Assembly: GCA_043228905.1 (NCBI GenBank) | Contig: JBHGNT010000016.1 | Location: 12,462,001 to 12,526,000 of the forward strand | Origin: Azolla caroliniana | Taxonomy: Eukaryota > Plantae > Polypodiophyta | DNA length: 64,000 bases | Direction: 5' to 3' | In this document: piece after piece, positions 13,162 to 25,328 of the stretch | Position numbering within the stretch: the first letter of the stretch is position 1 | How the letters are laid out: each line of letters starts with the position of its first letter | The notes under the pieces: generated by a model | Databases searched by the model: none | What the model was told of the DNA's origin: nothing | The model's input: only the letters and a program-made list of their open reading frames with translations | Position numbers and translations under genes: made by a program

Positions 13162-13995
13162 TGTCGTGATGGATTCCCGCTGTGAGGAGGAAGGGGGTTG
13201 GATGTGCGTGAACGGGGGTGTGCAAGGATGGACATAGAAATGTACAAGCACATGTAGATAACATAGGACCAGTAAGTACTAGGTAGTGGGTTTTAATGGG
13301 TACTTTAAGTTCCACACTCATAGAGAATAAGAATAATATCTGGTGGAGTAAATCGAGGGAAATCTCTGCCCGAAAACGGATGGCTTTATGGTGATGTAAC
13401 GACATCCCCTTGCTCTATAAAAGGGGAGGTTTGAGATGGTTTGAGGGTTCCACGATTTGGGAAGACGAAGTGTTGTCAGATTGAGTGTCGAGCTCTCTCT
13501 CTTCTCTCTCTCTATCTTGTAGTTTGTACTAATTCAAGGAGGAAGTTGAAGCCTCTGCCCATGTTGGAAGCTGTGCGCTCCCAACCAAAGGTTCATTGTT
13601 TTGTTTTGTGGGGGGCTGCGTGCAGGTCGCAACTTTGTTGCCGGTTGAGTCTGGTTGTAATATCTTCTTCTCTGATAATCGTTCGTGTTTTCGCCGAGTC
13701 TTTCTTTGTGTACGAGCATCACCTTGTTGTTCCTTCTTGTTTCTGTTCTGTGCGCGTTCGTGTCTGCATGCCCATGGGCTTACTCCAACGTCGTGCCCAG
13801 AATAGCTCACTCCTCCAGTTCTACGTGCTAACCGGCCGATTTCTAGGAATTGTTCCGGATCGGGCACGCCTCTCGAAGCCGATCCGGCAAAGCATCCGGA
13901 CTCTGACCCGGTCCTTCCTACTTCCACTGGCTCCTTGGTCCCAGATCCCCGTGGTCCCGCCTCGTTTCGACACACCCTTGCAAAATATCGCGACA
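13162..13995 (+). repeat. 5' LTR of the old gypsy element
   Basis: TG...CA ends, collinear with 49869-50680, followed by a PBS. Confidence 0.85.
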
Positions 13996-15297
13996 TCTTT
14001 GGTGAACTCAATGTGAAGACGGCAGCAGAGGAGCTGGAAAATGAGGGGAAGTGAACTTGTGGAGGCAATGGCGGTGGCCGTTGAATGTCTAGTGAGCGCT
14101 CGTGAGGGCTGAGCGCCCTCAACAGAGCCATTGAGGTGATAGTCAGCGCGATTGGCCGGTTCAATGGCAAAGACGCCACAAGCTACCTGGATGCCTACCA
14201 GACAAAAATGATGATGTGGGATACCCCGGAGGACAGATGGCTGGCCAACTTGCCTCGAGTCATTACACCGAGTATCCACGACGAGGTGCTCGACGTGCAA
14301 AAAGATTGGTGTAACTGGGCAGAATTCGAGGGGTAGCTCCTCGAAAGGTATGTCTTCGACGACTTGCTCTGGCTGACAAAGAAGGAATTTATGGAGTGGG
14401 TCAAGAGCCCTGACAAAGGCTGGAATACGTCAGCGCTTCTTCAGGAGTTCGAGACACGGGTCACATGACTCTCAACACTAGGTGCTCAAGATAAGCAAGG
14501 TCCTGCTAATTGTGAAGTCGGTTGACTTGCTCGATTGCGAGAAGGTGGGTCTCCTCTTTGAGACAGATGAGGGACTCACGACTGATTGGGCCGTGGTTAA
14601 AAGAGTTTGCGCCCGTTTCAACAAACAACGTGATTGGAATGACACGGGGCCGTCAGCAAAGGGTCTGATTTTGCCAAAGCACTATGGATAAATGTTGTTT
14701 GCCCCTCGAGGTGAACACCGGACGAGATGGCATGAAGAGGATAATGGAGGAAGCCGTGTCCCGGAATGCGGAAGGCTATTCACTAGTCCCTGTCGGCATG
14801 GATCCGGGTAGGTGGAGAGAAGGGCACCGCATCCGGAAGCAATACCGGATTCTAGCCGCTCGTATTGGAAGGCCTCTCGGGAGTGAGGCCAAGGAAGGAA
14901 GAGGCAGACCGCGCAGAGAAGCGGGTCCAAGAGGGCACCGGGTGGAGTGATCCGGTAGAAGAGAAAACCGGCTTTGTGGAGGCCGCATGCCAAAACTACG
15001 AGGTTCTGGTTGAAGAAAAGCAGGTCGGGAAGATCGGAGGGGATGGACCTTCAAGCCGATAGAAGACCCAGAGCGGGCCAAGGAAAGAGGATATCGTTTC
15101 GGCTAATCGACAAGAGAAAGGAAAGGCGAAGATCCCGGGCTTACGATTGAGCTCGGAGATAGAGAGGAAGACAGAACTACTGAAGGTCTTGGAAGAAAGG
15201 ATCCTCGACAACAAGGTGGAGCTCTCACTCAGATAGGTGCTTGAAATAGTAAAAATGGAATTCCACGATTCCATCCTGGACCTAGTGAAGAGTAAGT

Positions 15298-15330
15298 AAC
15301 ACCGGGTCATTTGAAACAAGTAATATGTCG
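15298..15330. repeat. Left terminal inverted repeat
   Basis: aacaccgggtcatttgaaacaagtaatatgtcg. Confidence 0.95.
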
Positions 15331-16060
15331 TATTCTCTTTTGGCATAGTTGGCCAGATGTAGAAAAGTACCCTATTTTAGCCTGATATCGAAAATATACG
15401 ATGCATGCGTACCCCTTTTGCGACTTGATGGTTAAATATAGAACAAAAAAAACCTAGCAATTACTAAATTGTATATGTGTCCACATTCGTGTCAATTTGC
15501 ATTTCATGGAGCACAATTGAAGACTTGGTTCAATATAAAGTTCTAAAATTGGTATCCATATTCAAATTGTAGAGTAAAACTACATAAACCGTAATTATAA
15601 ATATGTGGTTTTGGGTTTAGGAATAAAGTAGTACCCCACTTGTTGGATGGGTATATCGATAATTTCATTGTATAATGTCATATAGTTCATGACAATGTAA
15701 TTGGTAAGAGTAACAATTACGTATGACATTCATTTATACTATGTGGAACCAGTAGACTTGAACCGTAGGTAACTAAAAACCTCTTATTATCAAAAACATT
15801 CGCCTTTTCATATACAGTCATGCTAACGGAAATGAGAAATTACAATATCATGTTAATATCTCAAACTGAAGAAGAACATGGTGACCAATTATATGTAAAT
15901 ACAAACAATGGTTCCAATAATGATTAAAAAGGGAAATTATGAACAGGTGAATTTAATTAAACGATAAACAATTACAGATGTTCTCATATACAAATATAAT
16001 ATGAAGTGATGGTGAACATTATGCCTCAAAATCCTCAATTTTTACATTACGCCATCTACA

Positions 16061-19000
16061 TCAATCTATAAGCAAATCAGGCAGAGCAGGCTCCTCTGGC
16101 GCTGATTGTTCTAGTCTGTTTTCATTCGTGTCATCTCCAAGCTCTCCCGAATCTGATGTATGGTCAAACTGTGCTACATCTTCCAAGTCCACCAGCTCCC
16201 CTGCTTCTTCATCAATTGGTTCCATTGGTTCTCGTGAAGTCATTTGGAACATCTCTGTCTCGTTGATGTGTTTTGCTCCGACTTCTTGATCCTGATCTGG
16301 ACAGTCCCAGATTCCTATGATCCTCATTTTGATGAAGTTAACTTGAGCAGGGTCCTTCTCCAATGCAACACAGTTTCTAAACATCTTCAATGCACAAGCT
16401 GTCGTTGTACCTAATGGTCGCATGAACACAAACAAGTATGTATAAGAAGTAACGTCTTAAACTTGATAGACAAGATTGAAATTAAATATATATATTATAC
16501 TTGTGCCAGAGAACAAGTCTAGGACCCAATCATCTGGATTCGAGAAGAGCTCTATGAGGCGGTTGATCAATCTTTGAGGTTTTTGATAAGGGTTCACCAT
16601 ACTTTTATCCCCTGACACATGTCTTAATTTTTTGGTTACGGCTGGGCACATGATGTAGTTAACCACGTTACGCTCATTGACATGTGCTCTAGCCTTCTTC
16701 TTTGTAATTGAATCATAGTAGCCCACACAAAAATGTTCGACCGCACTAACCATTCGATCGCCAGGGCTACGTGTAATATTTGTTTTGATCCTATAGAGAA
16801 AGAAAATCAAGTATTAGAGGTGTAAACGTGTACATATAATAAGAAGTACTGTAATGAGTAAAAGCGAACTATAATGCACCAATGCATGTGTTCAGTGGCA
16901 TGACAACGGGACTTCAAAGCTGTTGTGACTGACAGTGATTGCCCCATGCTATGAAATATGACTATCCTCCACAAGGGGGCCAATGTCAGTTCTGCGAAAT
17001 CCTTTACCATTTTCTCGATCTGAGGGTACTTGAAAGGCACATCATCATATGTTGATCCCGCAATATGGAAACCATATGGTATGTTAGCTATCAGCAAAGT
17101 GTAGTGCCTTCTCGGTAACAATTCGAGCATCTGGGATACTTCGCCATTGAAAACACTATAATGAAGCTGTTTGAAAGGATTGGACCTATGCAAAAAACTC
17201 TTTACAGTCTCCGAATCCTCGGGCAGTTCCATTTCCTTCCCTTTGGTCATTCTCTTCTCATATTTCGCACGTTCTGAGTGCGTGATGAAGGCTGCTGGAA
17301 TACCGTCATTATTGTCGTTGTTCTTTTTCGATTTTGATGGTTTCTGCAAGTGTCATTGTTGTTAGCAGGGAACATTACTTTCTAACATATCAACATTCAA
17401 AAGACACATACCCATTCTCTAAATACAATAAAATATTCCTCCAATGCCTTGTAGGAAGAAGTTATCGGGCAGGCTTGTTCAACTTCTTCCCATGTCGGTA
17501 AACTTAGTTTTTGCATCATCAACTCCTGAATCTTCATGTATACCTTGTGACTGCACAATCAATATGAAATTAGAAATAAGATATTCAAAATAATTGAAGA
17601 CTTTCATGAAAAGGTATACTATAAACACTTACTTTTGCAAGTCTGTTACCATCTCGTCCAAACTAAATTCCTTGGCGACCACTCGAGATAGCACGGATAT
17701 TAACAATCTATCATCTTTGATACCTTGTAATGATCTCCAAGGTAAAAGTTTCATGTCCTCTGGTAACTCCTCGATTACCAAGTCGCTTTTTCCCTTGGTC
17801 TTTGAACTTGTGGATCAATTCTTCCCTTTTTTTATCTTTGCCCCTTGACTTCTTTCCGCTCCCACATAGAGAATATTTTGTCTTGGAGATCCCACACCTC
17901 TCCGGTTCGAAAAGCTAGTTGAAACCAAGAATCATATTTTCGGAGACCTTCGGATTTGGTACTCTCATCTACTGCAATCCCTACTTCCAATAAACACTGA
18001 CGTCGCAATCCAGGCCACAATCTTGGACCAAAACGATTCAAGGCATCGAGGTATTCATGATGAAAAAATCTTATCCTCTCTATACATGACATCTTTTGCC
18101 TATAATCGTTGTCATTGTTATGGTTCCATGCGAGCAGCTTCGCCTCCTCGTGAGTTAGTCCTGCATATACCTTACATTCGGCGTATTTGAAGAACGGCGT
18201 GAGAGGATATTCTTTGACAAGCTGTCGTCGAGCTTCGGCCGAATGTGAGCCTCCGATTACATAGTATGTGTAATCGTCTGCAAAGCTATACTTGAAATCT
18301 GCTACTATTGGGCATTGTTCTTGATCAACCATTACCAAAAATGGCACCACAGTAGCGTGAGGATTGATTTTCATTTTGCTTTTCAGCTTTTGCACATGGA
18401 CGGAGTGCGGCTCCCTAATTTCCAAGGGACGTCTTCCAGTCACGGGGTCAATGGGAGGCCTTTGGATAGAAGTAATGGGCAAATGAAATAGCTGGCCCCT
18501 GCACACAAGTTTAGTCTTCACAATATTTTCTCTTATATTATTTTGTTCTGACGTCAGGACACCAGAAGATAGTTGTCCGCCTAGAGCCACGACGTCGACT
18601 TGTTGGTCGTCTTCTTCTTCCACGAACTCTAATATTTCTTCTTCTTCTTCTTCGGGTCGTGGTCGTTTAGTATATTTCTTTTGAACAGGATTTGTCTTCC
18701 TAGACTTTTTCGGTGGAGTTTCTGCTTCACCAGTCATCATCTCTCCTGTCACGTACGGCCGAAGAGCTACCAACAAGTTATTTTTCGTTTGCAGGTCTTT
18801 ACGCAAAGCCTTGGGATTGCAAGATTCGGGTACTAGGTTTCCCTCATCAAATCGCAATCGCCTGTCGCCAACTAAGCTGGAGACGTCGATTAAAATACAT
18901 GTAGAATCAATGTCTTCGTACTCTAGCTTGGTTACATGCCCGTAATTAAATGTTTTTCCAAGATGAAGTTTCCCTTCCCCGTCCGATTTTGCCGTTATCA

Positions 19001-19635
19001 ATAACAGCACCCCATCCTCCTTGACATAAGAGAGACACCATTCAAGTTCGGGGTAATCCTTATATTTCACCTCAACCGTTTTCTCCTCTTGCGTACTACC
19101 TTTGTTGATTTTGGTAGTAGCCACAGATGACTTGGATCCTCCTTCCCCCGTTGAGTCAAATAAATTCTTTTTACTCGTGTCCTTCATGAAGGAGCCAGAA
19201 TCTCGTTTTGTCGGAGATCGAATCTTCAATCTAAATGAAGGAACTTTTTGTCTGGGTTCACTGAAATTAAAAACGTTGGTGAAAACATAGAAACAACGTA
19301 CAATTTCATCTAAATCACGCAAATTATCATTTAAATTACGTCAATTTTATGGTCCCATGCGATAGTTTTTTATCGCAAAAACAACATTTTTTTCAACCAA
19401 AATCTGATGTAGTGCATCGGATTTTGGTTGAAGGTCCTGCCTTGCAACGCAAATCCGATGCACTGCACCGGATTTCGGTTGAAGGTCCTGGCTTTCAGAA
19501 TTGCTTTCCAAGTTCGTTGTACAAAATAAAATAAAATTCCTATGTGTTGAGGAAAGGAATCTTTAAGGAATCTTTAGGAATCTTAAAAAATGTAATGAAT
19601 ATTACTAACCTGACGATTTTCTTTCCCTTGTTCAT
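16061..19635 (-). pseudogene. Spliced ParB/Srx-like domain plus beta-class N4/N6 DNA methyltransferase (slightly decayed)
   Basis: Predicted GT-AG exons ~19635-19610, 19260-17633, 17551-17413, 17344-16881, 16790-16501, 16410-16061. ParB-like segment (VPFLVMVD..YYVIGGSHSAEARRQL..KVYAGLTHEEAKLLAWNHN). Motif IV LLIANIPYG, motif X NPYQKPQRLINRLIELFSNPDDWV, motif I LDLFSGT|xTTTACAL..RNCVALEKD. One TAA and a frameshift near 17800-17834. Confidence 0.85.
19392..19490. repeat. Two tandem imperfect palindromes (51-bp period) in predicted intron 1
   Basis: TTCAACCAAAATCTGATGTA-G-TGCATCGGATTTTGGTTGAA (19392-19432) and a related copy at 19445-19481. Confidence 0.8.
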
Positions 19636-19932
19636 GGTTCGTGCCGGAGGTAGTGCTGTCCACGATGTGCTTCTGAGTGCTCGAAAATTGGCATGTGCTC
19701 TGAGCTCGATGGATTCTTTCACGTGATAATGAAAATGAAATTTCTAACCTCCTTATATAGAAGACTTTAGCATTCTTTTTAAAATAAAAAATAATTTTTA
19801 ATTATTTGTTTTTTAGGAAAATTTCGGAAAATAATATAGTTAATCTAAGTGTTCGGGTAGTTATATAGTTAGGCTTTAGCATTCCTTAATTTTCTCAAAA
19901 GAAGGTTTTAGAATACAGTTAGACTCCCTCAA

Positions 19933-22605
19933 ATGTCTTCTTCTACAAGTAGAACATCTCTTTTTTCTATTGCCCCCTTTTCATTGACAGATAACTCGTA
20001 TTTCTCAATAGAAGAGTACGACCACAAAAAACATTCACGGCTTAAACAGAAAAGTGTGGCTCCTAGTACTTCGAATTCTCTGTTTTCAATTGATCCTGTT
20101 GATGGCCCTCTTCATGCAAGCCTACAAGTGGACGATTCTTCGTCGATAGATAACAATAGCATTACTAAACCTCTAGCATTTAAAAGAGTGCTTCGACAAG
20201 TTAGTGAAAAGAGATTTAATTTCTTATGTTCTGATCGTCAACTTCTATGCGACTTGAACAAATCGTGTTGTGTGAATCTCTGTCTATCAACTTATGGAAA
20301 GTCAAGGTTACGTGAAACACGACAAAAATACTTGTCGCTTAATGGGGAAGAGCAAGATACATTTCTTATTGCGCATATGCAACTTAAATTGGATCACAAA
20401 GCAGGGCCTAATTCAATGCAAGTTGAATATTTCCTTGGACTATATACCAAGTGTTGTCGAGCAGCTTTTAAAATCACTCATAGCATTGGAAATATGCGGC
20501 TGCAATGAGTTCAAGAGCGACTTGTGAAGGGCTCCTGGGTACAGTTCGATCAAAATGGTTCTGGATGTAAGGGTCAAATTGGGCAACAGGCAATTAGGTG
20601 GATGGAGGTATATTTTTCAAAATAGTGCAAAGTTATGCCAACGACAGGAAGACTTCATTTCTCAGATAACTTTACTCGAAGGGAAGTTTACCAATCGTAC
20701 AAGGACGACATGTCTTCCGATGTTGAGCCTTACATACAGTACAGGCATTTTAATCGACTATGGAGGTTACAATTTAATAACGTGGTTATCCCACGAAAGG
20801 TGCGAATGGGAGTCTGCTCAATATGTGCGAGTTTAAAAAGTATGGCCAAGGGTGGAAAATCAGATGTAGAGATCAAGAATTACAAGAACCTGTTAAAAGA
20901 ACATCGTGAAAGTCAGGCATTGGAACGTACTAAGGCTATGCATCACCGACAAAAAGCGTTTCAATCTCCCGAAAAGTATATGTGCATGATTATTGACGGC
21001 ATGGATCAAAAGAAAACTTGTTTGCTGCATTTTCAAAGACTCCCCAAGGATATTGGAGATGAGTGTCTCGTGCAAATGCATCTAGTGGGTTGTTTGACAT
21101 ACTGTCAAACTATAAGACCGCAAGTGTTCTTAACTTATCCCAATATCCACAACGACCCTAATCTTACTGTCACTGTCATGCACAGGGTATTGCAATCATG
21201 GTCAGGTATACTCCCGCCAGTTCTATATGTGCAACTAGACAACACAGCAAGAGAGAATAAGAACTCAACTGTCTTCGGCTATCTAAGCATGCTAGTAGAG
21301 AGGGGCATATTTAAAAAGATAAAGGTTAACTTCTTGTTGGTTGGTCATACCCATGATCACATAGATCAAATGTTCAGTAGGTTCTCAAAGAAACTTGCTC
21401 GCTGTAATGCTTTCACACTTCCCACGCTATCCAAATTGATTAGTGAAGCATATACACCAAAGCCTGAAGTACAACACTTGGAAGAAGTATACGACTTTAA
21501 ACGTTTCTGCATGGATAGTGACGGGACTAAAGGTAGGGTGCTTGCACCTCTTAATAATATAAGTTTCAACCATGTCTTCCTCATAAAACAAAGATCGGCC
21601 CACCTGAAGATGACGGTGTTGTTTGCGAAACAATACTCATCTAGTGCACAATGGGAGCCCCAAGAAGGTTGTAGGCTCCTTCTTCATATCCCAGATGAAC
21701 CTCTACATGGTGCACAACAAATGTCATATGATGATCGTAAAAATGTAGCACCAAATAGTACTATTGATGAACAAAGGGCATATTGGTTGAGATGTCTAGC
21801 AGAGAAACAAAATAATATTGATCGGACTAAGAAGTATGCCGGTGATGAGGATGTTGAATGGTGGGAGATTTTCTTCACCCATCAACACACCATTTTAGAT
21901 AATTACATCGCCGTTTTATGGCCAATCCGTATCCCATTCACATGGAACATTGGGATGACATCAACGATATCGCAGACTCATCACCAACAATCGAATAATA
22001 TGGAGCTTCATGATTTAGTTCGGCCACTGCAAAGAGATATTTATGTGGGACCAAGAAAGTCACGTACTGTTGAGGCAAGATGGCAAGGTAATTTGCAAGA
22101 ACTACAAGTGGGAATGTTGGTTGCAACATTAGCAGGGGACGATACCTTGGGCCATCCATTTTGGATTGCAAAAATTATTGAATTAGTAAGGGATGAAGAA
22201 AGTAGTCAGACAAAGTCAATAGTAGTCCATTGGTATCAGACAAATTCAACTGATGCATTTACAGGAAAGTATTCTTTAGAGATGGTTAAGGATGTCGGAT
22301 GTTCAAGCAGAAAGAGAAGAAGAAAGAATATACCGAGCACGGCTACTCTCGCACTAGACTGTGTTGACATACTAGTATATGACTTCTCATTGACAAAATC
22401 AGGTCATCTAAGACAAGCAACTATCAAGATAATAAAGGAGAAAATCCCAAACATGGTGTCAAACGAAATACAGAGAATAACCAGAAGCAATTCTCATAAC
22501 CACAAAGATGTTGGGCTGGAATTGGATGAGGATAATGCTTTGATTGCCACTAATGATGAGGATGAGACGTCAGAAGGCTCTTCTAGTCCATCAGACATGT
22601 CTTAA
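19933..22605 (+). pseudogene. Sola1-like DDD transposase (~890 codons, two in-frame stops) with a C-terminal BAH-like domain
   Basis: ORFs 19933..20508 and 20635..22605 share one frame, with stops at 20506 (TGA) and 20623 (TAG). Motifs CSIC, IIDGMDQ, LYVQLDNTARENKN, FLLVGHTHDHIDQMFS. Lies between the TIRs. Confidence 0.85.
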
Positions 22606-22899
22606 TATATTGGTTTGGTTCAAGCTGGGGATTGTTTTACTACATGATCGGAAACTTTCTAAATTTGTTTTGGATGTAAACTCACGAATATGTATAATTG
22701 TAACTGGTAGACATGTTGTACATTATTTTGTAATTTTGGTGATGTATTTTTGGAGGCATTTTACTTATGACTCAAAGTGGTAGTCATGTTGAAATTCAAT
22801 ATATTTTGCCACCTTTTCTGAAAAGCTTTACGCATGCGTCGTGTCTTTTGGAAAACTGCGTGCTTTTGTGCCCTTTTTCGACGTAGTGTTCTCATAATG

Positions 22900-22932
22900 C
22901 GACATATTACCTGTTTCAAATGACCCGGTGTT
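22900..22932. repeat. Right terminal inverted repeat
   Basis: cgacatattacctgtttcaaatgacccggtgtt. Confidence 0.95.
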
Positions 22933-23139
22933 AAGTGGCTTTCGACGGAGCCACAACTGGAGAAGCTGATCGATCTGAAGGCGGTCCACATCGAAGAGGT
23001 AGCATTGGAAGAAGGATGGTCGAAGGGAATGGGAAAGCCTTTGCATTCTCTCCGGGGGAGATCGTCTGCGTCAACCCGGCTTTCGTAGAGCCAATGGTTA
23101 TATTCATGGTGCCGCATGTACCGTGGAATCTCAAACCGT

Positions 23140-25328
23140 TCTCGGACGTATATCCGTAAGCTCGAAATTTGAAACTCCATAGGCATAACTATCTCCAATC
23201 TGAATGCCAATTGGAACGCTGTCGTCTGGATACTTCTTTTGTAAGCCATCCGGTATCCCATAACGTGCTATTTAGTTTCGTGTCCCAGTCTGTCCAGTTC
23301 TCATTGACGATCTTCTGGAGAATATTTTGGAGCGTTTTATTTGTGGACTCTTCCAACCCGTTCACCTGCGGATAGTAAGGCATGTTGTGTTTATGCACTA
23401 CCTCGTAGAACGTCGTCAACCTTTCCACTACTTGCCCTAGAAAATGACCACCTTGGTCATTGATGAGCTCAATCGGGCATCCGTACCAGCACCATATGTA
23501 TTCATATAAAAATTTCGTTGTTGATGCCGCTATGTTATCCATCAGCGCTTTCGCTTCTACCCATTTTGTGCAATAGTCGGTCACGATGATGATGTACCGA
23601 TTTCCTGTTCGCATTGCCGGAGGCTTGAATGGCCCCACGAAGTCCAATCCTCATTTCTGGAAAGGTTTTAGTGGCAATACAGGTTGATGGGGCATCCACA
23701 CTTGTTCTGTGGGTTGACCCATCCTTTGGGAGAGATCGCATTCTTTACAATACCGGATGGAGTCTGTTAGGGTTGTCGGCCACCATAGCCCACTTCTCCA
23801 AATCTTCCAGGCGGTGATGTCTCCAGCATAGTGGCCTCTGGCAACTCCACAATGGGCCTCTCATAAGATTGCTTCCTTTTCGTCACTCCCTTGTGATACA
23901 GTGTATCCTATATTAAACAAAAATGGGGACTTTGGATCACCAACCATTTATGGTCATCCCGGCTCAGCTCTTCCGGAGGCAGTCCGGTACTTAGGAACTG
24001 ATGCATGTCAGTCAGCCATTTATCCTCGCCTACCACTGTCTCATCCACTACCGTTTCCGTGGTGACTTTGAATAGCTCAACATCCGGGAACTCATCCCGG
24101 ACTCCGTCACTTGCCTCTCTAGATTCCAGCCGGCTCAAGTAGTTCGCCACCGCATGTTGTACTCTCGGTCGGTGGTATATTTCGAATTCGAATTCCTGTA
24201 GCAGTAATGTCCACCGTGCCAATTTACTTGTTAGTGACACCTTGGACCAAATATACTAGCGCCGAATGGTCTGCATGGAAGGAAAACTTGCGTCCTAACA
24301 AATAATGTTGGTACTTTGTGACATTATCTATCATTCTAAGGGCTTCTCTCTCCGTTGTCGAATAACTCCGTTCTGTCTTCGAGAGTTTCCAGCTCACGTA
24401 ATGCACTGGATTGTACCACCTAGGTTTGGATAGCTGCATGAGAACACTTCCTATTGCTATGTTGGACGCGTCCACGAACACATGAAAATCTTTTGTCTAG
24501 TCTGGAGGTTGCGCTATCGGGGCCTGTGACAACATCACCTTCAACGCTTGGTACGCCTTATCTTCTTGCTCTGTCCATTGAAAGGGTACGCAGTGCACAA
24601 CCACATGTAATGGAGTGGCGAAGTATCAGAGCATTGAGCTGTGGCACCGGATCTGAACTAAAAACAGGCTCAATGCCTTGGCGTTAGTCGGTGTCGGTGC
24701 TTTTAAGATGGCGGTCACCTTGTCCGCGTCGACAACGATTTCGTCCCTACTCACGATGTATCCGAGCAGTGTCCCATTGGTTACCCCGAAAACACATGTC
24801 ATCGTATTCAAGCTTAGTCAGAATCCCCGACACTTCTCCAGACACATCCGGAGATGGTCCAAATGTTCTCCCTTTTGGCTATAAACTGCAAAATCATCCA
24901 AAAAGACCTGCATGAACGTTGGAATATATTCCCCAAATATTTCCATGATAATCCTTTGGAATATCATTGGTGTCATCTTTAGGCCAAACATCATTACTAC
25001 CGCAATGAACACTCCCCATTCCGTAACGAATGTCATTTTCTCTTGATCGGTTGGGTGCATCTAGATATGATTATAGCCATTGAATCCGTCCAGAAAGTTG
25101 TATACTTTCTGACCGGTTATTGCGTCTAACACCCCATCTATGAATGGCAATGGGAATGCGTCCATTACCGTAGCAACATTCAACTTCCAATAGTCCACAC
25201 AGACCCGAATCTTGCCGTTCTTCCTTGGTACAACGACAATCAGACTTAGCCAGCTTGCTTGTTTTACCAGTCGAATGAAACCGACTTTCAATAGCTTATC
25301 AATTTCCTCATGAACTCTTGTTGCATAG
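23140..25328 (-). pseudogene. Ty3/gypsy pol fragment (RT, RNase H, integrase)
   Basis: KIRVCVDYWKLN, MFGLK, VFLDDF, VDASNIAIG, YSTTEREAL, DFVGP..TDYCTKWVEAKA, DQGGHF; many stops. Confidence 0.9.

Larger units (their letters stand above)
15298..22932. mobile_element. Complete Sola1-like DNA transposon carrying a ParB-DNA methyltransferase gene
   Basis: 33-bp TIRs at 15298-15330 and 22900-22932 (1 mismatch), AAGT duplicated at 15294-15297 and 22933-22936. Removing the element restores the gypsy frame LVKSKWLSTEP. Confidence 0.92.

Noticed and set aside
13441-14179. 191-aa and 216-aa ORFs
   Set aside because: They lie within the LTR/PBS and are not preserved in the partner LTR.
16061-22605. 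Bacterial contamination or a restriction-modification operon
   Set aside because: Phase-compatible GT-AG introns, TIRs with a TSD inside a plant-type gypsy element, several decayed copies, and no endonuclease gene.
15298-22932. Endogenous giant-virus segment
   Set aside because: No viral core genes are visible and the boundaries are those of a TIR transposon. A viral origin of the methyltransferase itself is not excluded.
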